DNA of 32,000 bases from Puniceicoccales bacterium (GCA_031283585.1 JAITBP010000005.1:47710-79709); one strand, 5' to 3'; counted from the stretch's first letter, positions 9,399-18,408 are shown. Translations and numbers: made by a program. The notes: a model not told the origin generated them from the sequence alone.

Positions 9399-9463
9399 TG
9401 TCAAAAATCACGAAAACATCAGATATGTTATTATATGCTAATTTTGTTGACTTATAATATAAA

Positions 9464-10588
9464 ATGGTTGTTTACACTACATACTATAGTGAAAATGAAA
9501 TGAAAAACTATCTGATAATTGTTGGAGTTGCAGTTGCGTTATTGAGTGGATGTCAATCGACAGGCCCTGACTCTATTAAAGAAGCCCAGCCGGAATATAA
9601 CTATGCGCTGGCTGAAACTGCAAATGAACAGATGTTGCTTAACCTTGTTAGGTTAAAGTACCGCGATACGCCATATTTTCTAGAAGTTAGCGGCATAACC
9701 GAATCCAGGTCAGCAAAGGTTTCCATGGGACTTGGGAAAACCCAATGGAACGTCAATGCGCATAATTCTGGACCTACAGCAGTCATGGCTTTTCCACTTT
9801 TAGGAACCGAAGAAACCAGGACCCCAACCATAACCTATGCTCCCCTTCAGGGCGAAAAATTTGTTAAACATCTTGTGTCTCCAATCCCACTATCAATAAT
9901 ACTCACCATGGTTCAGGCTGGCTGGACCATAGACCGGGTATTCAACCTGTGTGTGGAACGGATCAATGATCTGGATAATGCATCAACCGCCTCGGGCCCA
10001 ACTCCAGAAACAAAGCCAGAATATGAAAGCTTCTTCCGCACCACGGAGTTATTGGCCAAGCTCGACCGCAGTGGCGAGATAGAAATAGGAACGAAAAACA
10101 ATGAATTGGTTCTTAAACTTTCATCGAGCCCCTATCTGGCATCGGAAAAATACGAACTAAAAAATCTCCTGGATTTGTCTCTGGACACTGACGAATTCAC
10201 TTTCGGAAACAATTTTATAGACAGCTCGGATAATACCCTGACCATACGTACACGTTCGATCATGGAAGTGCTTTTTTATCTATCCCATGCCGTCACGGTC
10301 TCCCAAAATGATATCAATGCCGGTCTGGTCACATTGACCTATGATGACACCGGAGATATTTTTGATTGGACAAACAATCTATCTGGAGAACTGCTCAAGG
10401 TTCATTCTTCGGAGGAAAAACCTCAGGGAGCGTTTGTATCGATAAAATACAGAGGTTCATGGTTTTACATAAACGACAACGATTTAAATTCCAAAACGAC
10501 TTTTATGTTATTGAATCACCTATTCAATCTTCAGTCAGGAGAATCTAAATCCATAGCTCCAACATTAACCCTGGCCGTTGGTAGTTAA
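9464..10588 (+). CDS. lipoprotein of unknown function
   Basis: The internal Met at 9500 gives MKNYLIIVGVAVALLSGCQS, a positively charged n-region followed by an LSGC lipobox. The rest is not recognised. The likely true start is 9500. Confidence 0.7.
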   Translation: MVVYTTYYSENEMKNYLIIVGVAVALLSGCQSTGPDSIKEAQPEYNYALAETANEQMLLNLVRLKYRDTPYFLEVSGITESRSAKVSMGLGKTQWNVNAHNSGPTAVMAFPLLGTEETRTPTITYAPLQGEKFVKHLVSPIPLSIILTMVQAGWTIDRVFNLCVERINDLDNASTASGPTPETKPEYESFFRTTELLAKLDRSGEIEIGTKNNELVLKLSSSPYLASEKYELKNLLDLSLDTDEFTFGNNFIDSSDNTLTIRTRSIMEVLFYLSHAVTVSQNDINAGLVTLTYDDTGDIFDWTNNLSGELLKVHSSEEKPQGAFVSIKYRGSWFYINDNDLNSKTTFMLLNHLFNLQSGESKSIAPTLTLAVGS

Positions 10589-10612
10589 TATTTAAAAAAT
10601 ATATCAAAATAC

Positions 10613-10641
10613 AGGCATCGACATTCGGTGCCTTGTTTTTT
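10613..10641 (+). terminator. rho-independent terminator downstream of the lipoprotein gene
   Basis: aggcatcg-acatt-cggtgcct forms an 8-bp stem (one G-U pair) and is followed by tgtttttt. Confidence 0.6.
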
Positions 10642-10656
10642 AGATAGTGCTTTAGA

Positions 10657-10740
10657 TGGTGCTCAAGAGGGGACTCGAACCCCTACACCTTGCGGCACAT
10701 GCACCTCAAACATGCGTGTCTACCATTCCACCACCTGAGC
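10657..10740 (-). tRNA. tRNA-Leu (anticodon GAG)
   Basis: 84-nt class II tRNA on the minus strand: acceptor GCTCAGG/CTTGAGC, anticodon stem CATGT/GCATG with loop TTGAGGT, long variable arm, T-arm AGGGG-TTCGAGT-CCCCT, encoded CCA. Confidence 0.88.
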
Positions 10741-10832
10741 TGAAATCTGCGACAAGCGAAATACATTCAATCATGTTAGCAATAAAAATATTGTAGTTGC
10801 CATAGTTTTGGAATTAATTTTATCAACTTGTT

Positions 10833-13550
10833 TTGTTGGAAAGGAGACATCGGCCCATGGACAGAATTGAAAGACCGAATAGCGCAGATGACATAGCTGA
10901 AATAACCGAAATAGCTGAAATAGCTGAAAAATCAGAAAGCAAGGATACTCCGTTGGGTTCCAATCTCAAGTTTGGAGTAAAATGGAGCGATCCCGAAATT
11001 AAAAATTCCAGCCAAAAGTATCGGCAATATCCGCAAAGATCACCCAGGCGTAACCAGGGCAACTTTCGGGCTGATAATCACAGGAAATATCAGCAGCACA
11101 ACAGGTTCAGGCCCGTAAGGCGTCCCTTTGAGCCCATCGTCGACGTCGCCTTTTACCAGAACGATGAACCATTTAAAGCCATGGTCGCGATGATGCAGAC
11201 CTCCTGCAAAACCTATAAGTTGTTCAACGTGGCTCGGTTGATGCTTGAAAAACCAGAAAATTTCGTCGTCACAATAAAAAAGAAACCAAACGCAAACGGA
11301 GAGCTGGAGCCACTGTATCTATCTCTGCCCGATGGTGTTCCTTTCGAAACCGAACAAGATGTTGTTCTCCACATAGCTAGACATCATATGGACAAATTTT
11401 TTGACATAACCGAAATCGATGTGGAGAAGCCAAAAGGTAATTTCACCAGTGTCCACAGATGTGGCATTACCGGGAAGCTGCTGGCTCCACCTAACTACCA
11501 CAAATACAGGGCGATAGTCAAAGAACACTATGAGTCCGAGATAAAATTCATGTCTTTTGGTAAATTTATGTCAAAAATAGAGATCGTCCATGACGAAGCG
11601 GAGATCCAGAAATGGCTTGAGCAAATGTCTAGGCGCCTAATATACAAGCCCAAAATGCCAGAAAATACCGACGATTTGCCAAAAATTGAATCGATATCCG
11701 AGGCTAAGCAGTATCTTTTGGAGAATTTTAAAGACAAAGCGATAAAGGAATCGATAATGCTAAGGATACCAGGAACGGTACTAGTGACCATGCAGCGCTG
11801 CCTGCTCAAAAAATCGATAGACTATGCCTGGCTATGGCAAAAAAGGATCCCGCTCGATACCGCTAACCGGCTCCGTGGCAAATTCAGAAGCTTTCATTTT
11901 TCCGTATATAAAAATGGGAAAAGTGGCATATCCTACGTCTGCGCCGCTCGTAGAAAATTTGTGCCAAGCAACTCCGTTTTTACCAATGAAATCCGCCAAC
12001 TGATAGAATTTTTAGAAAAAAATAATGGTATAAAAATATCCGAACTGGAACAGAAGATTCGCAACCCGACCAGCGGGATTAGTGCCCCCATCGAAGAAAT
12101 TGCAAAAAATCTAAATTGGTTGATCCATGAAGGCTATGTAATTGAATATGAAGATGGTAAGCTGGAAACTTTGCCAAAGATGGAAGAGCCAAGAGAAAAA
12201 TCGGAAAAGTCGGAAAAACCGGAAAAGTCAGAAAAGTCTGTTCAGAATAGCAATCAATTGGCTCTAATTAACCCATCGGACACCACAACTTTATCATTAC
12301 GCGTTGATGAAGAAATAGTTATAGAACCATACAACAGAGAAACTGCAATTGTCGTGGACAAGGAAACCACCATGGTCGCAACCGGCAGTAGTCCATCCAT
12401 GGATGGCAACAACCTCCAGGAACAAGCCAATCATAATAGAAATGTATTTAGGGCAAAACTCATTGAGCGCAAAAGACTTAGCGGACCAAACACAGAAAAA
12501 GTTGGCTATCACCTGGTATTCGAAAATTCCGGCGGCCACAGTTATAAAAGCGGCGATGCCCTGGCTGTGATGCCAAAAAATCCAGAAAAAGATGTGGTGA
12601 GTATATTAAACAGGCTTGGATTAAATTACGATGAAATTGTAAAAATTGGAGAATCCGGACTAACTATCGGTAAAGCACTTACAGAAAAATTATGTCTGAC
12701 ACATCTGCCAAAACGCTTCTGGGAAAGCCTTGCAAAAAAAATCAAAGATGAAAAAGAATTGGAAGAATATTTCGATATAACCAGCGGTGATGGCCAAAAA
12801 TTTGAGACTTTCTTGAAGACCAATGGCCTGGCCGATATACTACAAAAATTCGAAAGTATCACATTGTCAGCCAAGGACTTAGCCGATACATTAGGAAGGA
12901 TGCCGCCCAGACTGTACTCCATATCGTCTGCCTATAGCGCCACACCGGACAAAATCCACCTACTGGTCGCGGCTGTTAAGTATGTGGTAGAGAACAACAA
13001 AGAGCGCCGTGGTGTGGCTTCAACCTATCTGTGCAATGAGCTACAGGTTGGAGAACAGGCCGAGGTGTTTATAGTGAATTCAAAATTTTCCCTACCGGAA
13101 AACTCCGCTGACATTATCATGGTAGGACCCGGCACCGGCCTCGCACCTTTCATGTCATTTCTTCTGGAAAGGGCTACCCGCCGGGCCAAAGGTAACGCCA
13201 TCGGGCGCAATTGGTTGTTTTTCGGAGAACAACATCGAACGGAAAATTTTTATTACAAAGATGAACTGCTTTCTCTGGTCGATCAGGGAGACCTGTGGCG
13301 TCTTGATTTGGCATTCTCCAGAGACCAAGAGCATAAGATCTATGTCCAAGATAAGATGTTAGAAAACGCTAACCTGATACTCGACTGGATCACCAACGGT
13401 GCCTATTTTTACCTATGCGGAGACGCTTCGAAGATGGCAAAAGATGTTGAGGCCACTCTAAAAACAATACTTAGCAAACATACCAACGATCCTGATGGAT
13501 TCGTCAAACAGATGTACAAAGATAAACGCTATCAACGTGATGTCTACTGA
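10833..13550 (+). CDS. fusion protein: unknown ~500-aa N-terminal region + CysJ/diflavin-reductase-type FAD and NADPH binding module (no FMN domain)
   Basis: The C-terminal ~380 aa carry RLYSISS (FAD), GPGTGLAPF (NADPH), YLCGDASKMAKDV and the CysJ-like C-terminus RYQRDVY. No flavodoxin motif is seen upstream. The N-terminal part is unrecognised and contains a basic Q/R-rich stretch. An alternative start is the Met at 10857. Confidence 0.75.
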   Translation: MLERRHRPMDRIERPNSADDIAEITEIAEIAEKSESKDTPLGSNLKFGVKWSDPEIKNSSQKYRQYPQRSPRRNQGNFRADNHRKYQQHNRFRPVRRPFEPIVDVAFYQNDEPFKAMVAMMQTSCKTYKLFNVARLMLEKPENFVVTIKKKPNANGELEPLYLSLPDGVPFETEQDVVLHIARHHMDKFFDITEIDVEKPKGNFTSVHRCGITGKLLAPPNYHKYRAIVKEHYESEIKFMSFGKFMSKIEIVHDEAEIQKWLEQMSRRLIYKPKMPENTDDLPKIESISEAKQYLLENFKDKAIKESIMLRIPGTVLVTMQRCLLKKSIDYAWLWQKRIPLDTANRLRGKFRSFHFSVYKNGKSGISYVCAARRKFVPSNSVFTNEIRQLIEFLEKNNGIKISELEQKIRNPTSGISAPIEEIAKNLNWLIHEGYVIEYEDGKLETLPKMEEPREKSEKSEKPEKSEKSVQNSNQLALINPSDTTTLSLRVDEEIVIEPYNRETAIVVDKETTMVATGSSPSMDGNNLQEQANHNRNVFRAKLIERKRLSGPNTEKVGYHLVFENSGGHSYKSGDALAVMPKNPEKDVVSILNRLGLNYDEIVKIGESGLTIGKALTEKLCLTHLPKRFWESLAKKIKDEKELEEYFDITSGDGQKFETFLKTNGLADILQKFESITLSAKDLADTLGRMPPRLYSISSAYSATPDKIHLLVAAVKYVVENNKERRGVASTYLCNELQVGEQAEVFIVNSKFSLPENSADIIMVGPGTGLAPFMSFLLERATRRAKGNAIGRNWLFFGEQHRTENFYYKDELLSLVDQGDLWRLDLAFSRDQEHKIYVQDKMLENANLILDWITNGAYFYLCGDASKMAKDVEATLKTILSKHTNDPDGFVKQMYKDKRYQRDVY
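10893..10928 (+). repeat. in-frame 9-bp tandem repeat x4 (IAE/ITE)
   Basis: atagctgaa ataaccgaa atagctgaa atagctgaa, encoding IAEITEIAEIAE near the N-terminus of the 905-aa ORF. Confidence 0.9.
12196..12240 (+). repeat. in-frame 9-bp tandem repeat x5 (EKS/EKP linker)
   Basis: gaaaaatcg gaaaagtcg gaaaaaccg gaaaagtca gaaaagtct, encoding EKSEKSEKPEKSEKS. It sits between the unknown region and the reductase module. Confidence 0.9.
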
Positions 13551-13551
13551 C

Positions 13552-14790
13552 CTAGGCTGAAAATTTTTTAGCTATAACAACGGAATTTACACCCATCATT
13601 CCAAAGGAATTGTTCAAAATCACATCCGGGTTATCTAGCTTTATTGCCTTGTTGCACACCAGATTATCGATTCGACAGCTGGGATCTATGTCATCGATAT
13701 TGATCGTCGCATGGACATAATGATCATCAAAAGATGGCAAATTCCCAGCCAGCTCCAAGGCTCCAGCAGCTCCCATGGCATGACCTATAAGACTTTTAGT
13801 ATTATTGAAATACGTATTGCCAACGGTAAACACCTCCCGTAGCGCAACGCACTCAGATATATCTCCCTGGGCTGTCGACGTGGCATGGGTGCTAACTATA
13901 CTCACGTCACCGGGCTGCATATTGGCCATTTTTAAAGCAAGACGAATGCATTCCGCCTGCCTGGTCGAATTCGGCTTGACAGCATCCGTGGCATCGGAGT
14001 TTATCGCATAGCCAACTATCTCGGCATAGATCTTCGCGCCACGTGACAGAGCATCCCTCAGCCGTTCAACAACATATAGGCATCCACCTTCGCTCACCAC
14101 AATCCCGTTTCTTGCCTTGTCAAACGGTCGGCTAACCCGGTTCGGATCCTGGTTATAACCCAGCGCACCTTGACTCTTAAATCCAGCAAATATGCCAAAA
14201 GACCTTATGCTTTCGCTGACACCACCGGCGATGGCAATGTCAACTTCGCCAAGCCGTAACATTTGAAGTGCCTGGATTAACCCTGCATTACCAGCCGCAC
14301 AGGCAGCGCCGATGGTATAATGAGGCCCGGTTATCCCCAGATTTATGGTAATCTCACCGGCCGGATTGTTGGCTATGGTCCGTGGGTTATGATAGTGTCC
14401 CCAGTATTTTACATCATAGTTAAACCGGGACAAATTATATATCTCGTTCTCTGTCTCAACGTTACCGTGCTCTGTTATGCCCACGTAGACGCCAATTCGT
14501 GCTCTGTCCATCGTCGCAAAATCAATACCGCTGTCGCTAATCGCCTCGTTGGCACAATAAACGCCAATGCTGCCGGCGCGGGTACCATTCCTAATGTCCT
14601 TCTTGCTTTGATAGCGAGTGGCTTCAAAATCACATACACCGGCCGGAACAACCCCAATATACCGAATATCGAGCATTTCGATATTTGACTTTCCGGCTAG
14701 CAAGTTACTCCTGAACTCCTTCAGAGAGTTGCCGTTAGGTGCAGTCAATCCCACACCGGTTATGACTATTCTTTCATCAGCTGTGTACAT
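13552..14790 (-). CDS. beta-ketoacyl-ACP synthase I/II family, divergent FabF-like
   Basis: 412 aa with the catalytic Cys context IGAACAAGN, His motifs STHATSTAQGD and IGHAMGAAG, and the C-terminal NSFGMMGVNS. No adjacent ACP or other fab genes. Confidence 0.85.
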   Translation of the reverse strand: MYTADERIVITGVGLTAPNGNSLKEFRSNLLAGKSNIEMLDIRYIGVVPAGVCDFEATRYQSKKDIRNGTRAGSIGVYCANEAISDSGIDFATMDRARIGVYVGITEHGNVETENEIYNLSRFNYDVKYWGHYHNPRTIANNPAGEITINLGITGPHYTIGAACAAGNAGLIQALQMLRLGEVDIAIAGGVSESIRSFGIFAGFKSQGALGYNQDPNRVSRPFDKARNGIVVSEGGCLYVVERLRDALSRGAKIYAEIVGYAINSDATDAVKPNSTRQAECIRLALKMANMQPGDVSIVSTHATSTAQGDISECVALREVFTVGNTYFNNTKSLIGHAMGAAGALELAGNLPSFDDHYVHATINIDDIDPSCRIDNLVCNKAIKLDNPDVILNNSFGMMGVNSVVIAKKFSA

Positions 14791-14849
14791 CCTCGATCAC
14801 CTTAGATAAAATTAAATTCCAGGAAAGTAAAAAATAACCCAAGTTATAT

Positions 14850-14880
14850 CAATTAATTATCCGAAGCACCCAATTAATTA
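14850..14880. promoter_or_regulatory. pair of direct caattaatta repeats in a divergent promoter region
   Basis: caattaatta at 14850..14859 and again at 14871..14880 (21 bp centre to centre). Each contains the palindrome aattaatt. Lies between the KAS gene and the pilM-like operon. Confidence 0.3.
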
Positions 14881-14927
14881 AATACTTTGCACTGTTACAA
14901 ATTAATGTAGAATAACAACCTAGGATA

Positions 14928-16559
14928 TTGTGGATGAAGCGGCTAAATAAAGTTATACTCCATTACAGCAATGACATGGTAACGATTTGCGATGTCTCCT
15001 TTAAAGAAGAAAATTACCTTATAAATGTGCTAGGAACAATGGAATTAACCAGAGACAAAACCATTGATACCATCCTAGAGTCCCTACCGCAGAAAATAAG
15101 AAAAAGCGTCGGCCAGATCATACTGGCGGATTCGATCCTAAAATATGTGCCGCTTCGAACATACAATACGAGAGAAGACAGGCTTAAAAAAGCAATCGAG
15201 TTCGAATTTGCCAACATTTTTAAAGAAAAAGCAGACCAATTGGCCTACTATATAGATCCGACTCCAACCAATGACAAAAATATCGCAAACTGTTTTGTAG
15301 CAGAACCCTGTGTGTTAGGCTCTCTGCACCTTGCTTTGAAAAAAGCCCAAATGTCTCCAAAAATACTGCTGCCGGACCCGGTGCTGCGCATCCGCGGCTT
15401 CAATAGGTACAACAGGCCAATACTGTTCATTCATTTAGTAAAAAACGCTCTATTCCTGCATCTAGGCGAGGAAAACAAACATCAAACCAAGGTGATTCCA
15501 CTTGGGCTGGATTCCCTGGCGAAAAAAATCAAACGGGACCATCAGGTCCACCTGTCAACGGATGAACTGGAATCGGTATTATTTTCAAGGCCAATATCGA
15601 TAGCATCTGATAAAAATGCGCCGATTATAGAGCAAATTACCGACGAGATATCTACATATTTAATGGAAGAATTGAGAAATTTTATATCAGAATTTTTTGA
15701 CAATAAAAGAACAATCTATTCAGGGCCAATTGTTCTTAGCGGACTGACCGACGATTTCGTTTGCATGCCAAGGTTGGCCGATGTAATACCCCAGGAAAAT
15801 ATCAAAGATATAAACAATGTTATAAAAATTCACCTAAAGCTAAACAATGATTCAGAACAAGTTATCGCCGGGATCATTCCAGCCCTTATCGGTGCCATTA
15901 ACCTATCCAATGAAAAAGACAATGTCTTAAATTTATCAAAAAATATCAATGAATCAGAATATGCCGATGGTATTCTACCGTCCTATCTCAAAAATTTGAT
16001 CCTGATCATGGTTCTATTGACCTCGGCAAACCTATTTGCCTACTCGGCCATTCTGAGAAAAAATATAGTTCTGCGCCATATAAATTCCAATCTTATAAGC
16101 GATAAAGCCGATCTATCGAAGCTTGCAAGTAGCATTGCGGCTGCCAAAAAAACCGTCGAAGCCAGGCAAAAAATTACAAATACAGCAAATTTTGCCAAAA
16201 ATCACCAGGATCTGTTGATAGAATTTTTCCGAAATCTACAGGCTTCGGTGGCAGAGATTAATGACCTCTGGCTGGATGAGTTAGCGATTGATCCATCTGA
16301 ACAGAAAAATGCTGGTGAAAAACTTCCTACCCAGCCTTCGATAAAAATAATCGGCAGAATGTTTGTAAAAAACATGTCAAATTTACCAGAATTCACATCA
16401 CTGACCAATGAACGATTTAACAAATTATTCGAAAAAATGAAAAAACTACCTGGTGTAACCAATGTGTCTAAAATAAAAATACAGCCTCCGGAAAACAACA
16501 CCATACTATTTCGGTGCGAGCTATTTTTAAAAAACAATTCCCAGATTTTCAGCCCATGA
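14928..16559 (+). CDS. PilM-like actin-fold domain fused to a PilN-like transmembrane/coiled-coil segment
   Basis: 543 aa. The N-terminal ~340 aa have PilM-like features (KKAIEFEFANIF resembles the PilM EAVRWEAEQYIPF block). There is a single TM at about aa 354-376 (LKNLILIMVLLTSANLFAYSAIL) preceded by VLNLS (compare the PilN INLLP motif), then a ~165-aa periplasmic tail. Confidence 0.5.
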   Translation: MWMKRLNKVILHYSNDMVTICDVSFKEENYLINVLGTMELTRDKTIDTILESLPQKIRKSVGQIILADSILKYVPLRTYNTREDRLKKAIEFEFANIFKEKADQLAYYIDPTPTNDKNIANCFVAEPCVLGSLHLALKKAQMSPKILLPDPVLRIRGFNRYNRPILFIHLVKNALFLHLGEENKHQTKVIPLGLDSLAKKIKRDHQVHLSTDELESVLFSRPISIASDKNAPIIEQITDEISTYLMEELRNFISEFFDNKRTIYSGPIVLSGLTDDFVCMPRLADVIPQENIKDINNVIKIHLKLNNDSEQVIAGIIPALIGAINLSNEKDNVLNLSKNINESEYADGILPSYLKNLILIMVLLTSANLFAYSAILRKNIVLRHINSNLISDKADLSKLASSIAAAKKTVEARQKITNTANFAKNHQDLLIEFFRNLQASVAEINDLWLDELAIDPSEQKNAGEKLPTQPSIKIIGRMFVKNMSNLPEFTSLTNERFNKLFEKMKKLPGVTNVSKIKIQPPENNTILFRCELFLKNNSQIFSP

Positions 16560-17479
16560 ATTTTACACTTACAAAAAAACGTGCTACCTATCTGTCCGCA
16601 ATAATTTTTTTGATTATTCTATTTCTGGCATTGCCAACGCTGCTGCTTGCCACGATAAAAAAAATGACAGAAAACAAAAATTTAGACGAAGCCAACAGAA
16701 AACTCCGGCTAGAAGTCTCTCATCTCCAATCAACTAAGCCGCAACCAACCGAAGCCACGCTGACTTCCCTGAGACGCAGGGCCAGCGCCTATGAGCTTAG
16801 ATCAAACATCTACCTGGAGGAATATAGAAAATATTCACTGGCGATAACGGACAGTTCCGCACCAAAAAACGAAGTCGATCTATATTTTTCACTGATGTCA
16901 CTGGTTAAGTCACTGCATACAAAAGCAATCAAGGCCAGAATCAGTGTTCCGAAAGACTACTACTTTGCCTTTGAACCCTATGTAAAAAAAGATCTGATAC
17001 CGCGGCCAGAAGAAATTCATCTGCTTTATAGCCAAAGCCTAGCCATACTGAAACTATTATCCGTGCTGTTCAAATCCAATGAAAATGAAATGGCACTGAT
17101 TTCCGTGGAAAGAGAATCTATTTCCTTGGACAAGAACAAACTAGACGCACCGGATACATTTTCATCGGCAAAATTCAATAGCTTCCGAACCAAAGGAGCG
17201 GAATCCTCTCTGTTCACAATAACATTCGCCGGTTACACCAGATGTTTTCGCAATTTTCTGAACGGCATAGCCCAAAAATCCCTGCCTGTACTTTTCAAAG
17301 AAATAAAAATTTCGCCACTGGATTCGAAGACGAAACCAGATAATAAGCCCCAGGCTAAAAAGGAAGAAAAGACGATAGTTGTTGAATCGAGGAAATCAAA
17401 AATCAAAGTGACGGTGGAGTGGTTATTCATGAACAATAATGAAGAACTCCTTCGGTCAGAACAAGTAATAAACGAATGA
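16556..17479 (+). CDS. membrane-anchored coiled-coil protein, PilO-like / Amuc_1100-like architecture
   Basis: The track ORF begins at 16514, but the ATG at 16556 forms an ATGA overlap with the upstream stop and gives MNFTLTKKRATYLSAIIFLIILFLALPTLLLATI (a TM anchor). This is followed by a coiled-coil region and a C-terminal domain (FTITFAGYTRCFRNFLNGIAQ...KIKVTVEWLF). Confidence 0.4.
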   Translation: MNFTLTKKRATYLSAIIFLIILFLALPTLLLATIKKMTENKNLDEANRKLRLEVSHLQSTKPQPTEATLTSLRRRASAYELRSNIYLEEYRKYSLAITDSSAPKNEVDLYFSLMSLVKSLHTKAIKARISVPKDYYFAFEPYVKKDLIPRPEEIHLLYSQSLAILKLLSVLFKSNENEMALISVERESISLDKNKLDAPDTFSSAKFNSFRTKGAESSLFTITFAGYTRCFRNFLNGIAQKSLPVLFKEIKISPLDSKTKPDNKPQAKKEEKTIVVESRKSKIKVTVEWLFMNNNEELLRSEQVINE

Positions 17480-18354
17480 TGTCTCTAAATATGTTAGGAT
17501 TAGCAAGCTGTGTCCTATTTTTTCTAGGCACAGCCTATGAGTTTTTTTGCATGAAAACCGCCAAAAATGAACCACTAAAACCGCCGGATCAACCACTTAA
17601 TCAAAAAATAGACCTGGCTTATCAGGACGATCTGCTCAGGTACGATTTCAATGAGTTTTCCTGGCCAGATCCAACCCCATCGGACCGGGGCGAATTCTGG
17701 CTATTTGATCTATTTACACCACCGCAAATTTCTGTCAGCAATGGGGTATTTTCGGCCTCATTGCCACAATTACACAGCGAAAATCTCGATTTAACTGTCA
17801 CATCAATTTCAAGACAACAATATAAGATACAATTTTTCGGTTATTTTCAAAAGCCAGCCGGCTTCGGCGATAACAATAAATTTACATTAATACTATACGA
17901 TATAACAAAAGACCAAAGCTTCCGATGCGAAGTTGGGGATGAACTGACTGATAAAAACATTTCCATAATCGGCTTCAAGGAAAAATTCTCCTCCGCTGAT
18001 CCGCTATTGAAAAATAAACCGATGGTGACAATTTACGACAAAGACCTTGCTAAAAACATTGAGCTATCCAGTCATACAAAATTCTACGATGATAGATACA
18101 CAATAGTAATAAAGTCTGGCACTTCTGCTAAGTCGTACACCATTAACAAGATAAATGACTCCATTAGCCTGGATGGCATCAGCTATTCCCTGACCGAAGT
18201 CAACATGGATGCCGGATATATAAAATTAACCCAGACCGGTGGCGATGGCCATGAATCAGCCAAGATAATCAGGGTTATCGGCTTAGCTGACAATACATTA
18301 CAGAATGAACCCAGACAAAAACAACCGATCATCGATGGACCAGACAGGAAGTAA
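17476..18354 (+). CDS. N-terminally anchored protein of unknown function (third gene of the pilM-like operon)
   Basis: ATGA overlap with the upstream stop. N-terminal hydrophobic segment LGLASCVLFFLGTAYEFF, then a beta-rich-looking region (FWLFDLFTPPQISV...). No family recognised. Confidence 0.4.
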   Translation: MMSLNMLGLASCVLFFLGTAYEFFCMKTAKNEPLKPPDQPLNQKIDLAYQDDLLRYDFNEFSWPDPTPSDRGEFWLFDLFTPPQISVSNGVFSASLPQLHSENLDLTVTSISRQQYKIQFFGYFQKPAGFGDNNKFTLILYDITKDQSFRCEVGDELTDKNISIIGFKEKFSSADPLLKNKPMVTIYDKDLAKNIELSSHTKFYDDRYTIVIKSGTSAKSYTINKINDSISLDGISYSLTEVNMDAGYIKLTQTGGDGHESAKIIRVIGLADNTLQNEPRQKQPIIDGPDRK

Positions 18355-18408
18355 TTTTGATAATTTTCTCGTTTGACATCCTGATAATTTTATGAGAAAA
18401 AATCGAAA

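Noticed and set aside
10893-12240. Short tandem repeats as a possible CRISPR or noncoding array
   Set aside because: Both the 9-bp repeat blocks here and the 24/45-bp repeats at 31526-32000 are in-frame coding repeats with no spacers, so they are not CRISPR-like.
10833-13550. Annotating the 905-aa protein as assimilatory sulfite reductase flavoprotein CysJ
   Set aside because: No FMN/flavodoxin domain motif is present and no cysI partner is nearby. Only the FAD/NADPH half is homologous, so the CysJ function should not be transferred.
16514-16555. Upstream start at 16514 for the second gene of the pilM-like operon
   Set aside because: It would overlap the PilM-like gene by 46 nt and add a non-hydrophobic extension. 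The ATG at 16556 gives the same ATGA coupling seen at the next junction and places the TM anchor at the N-terminus.
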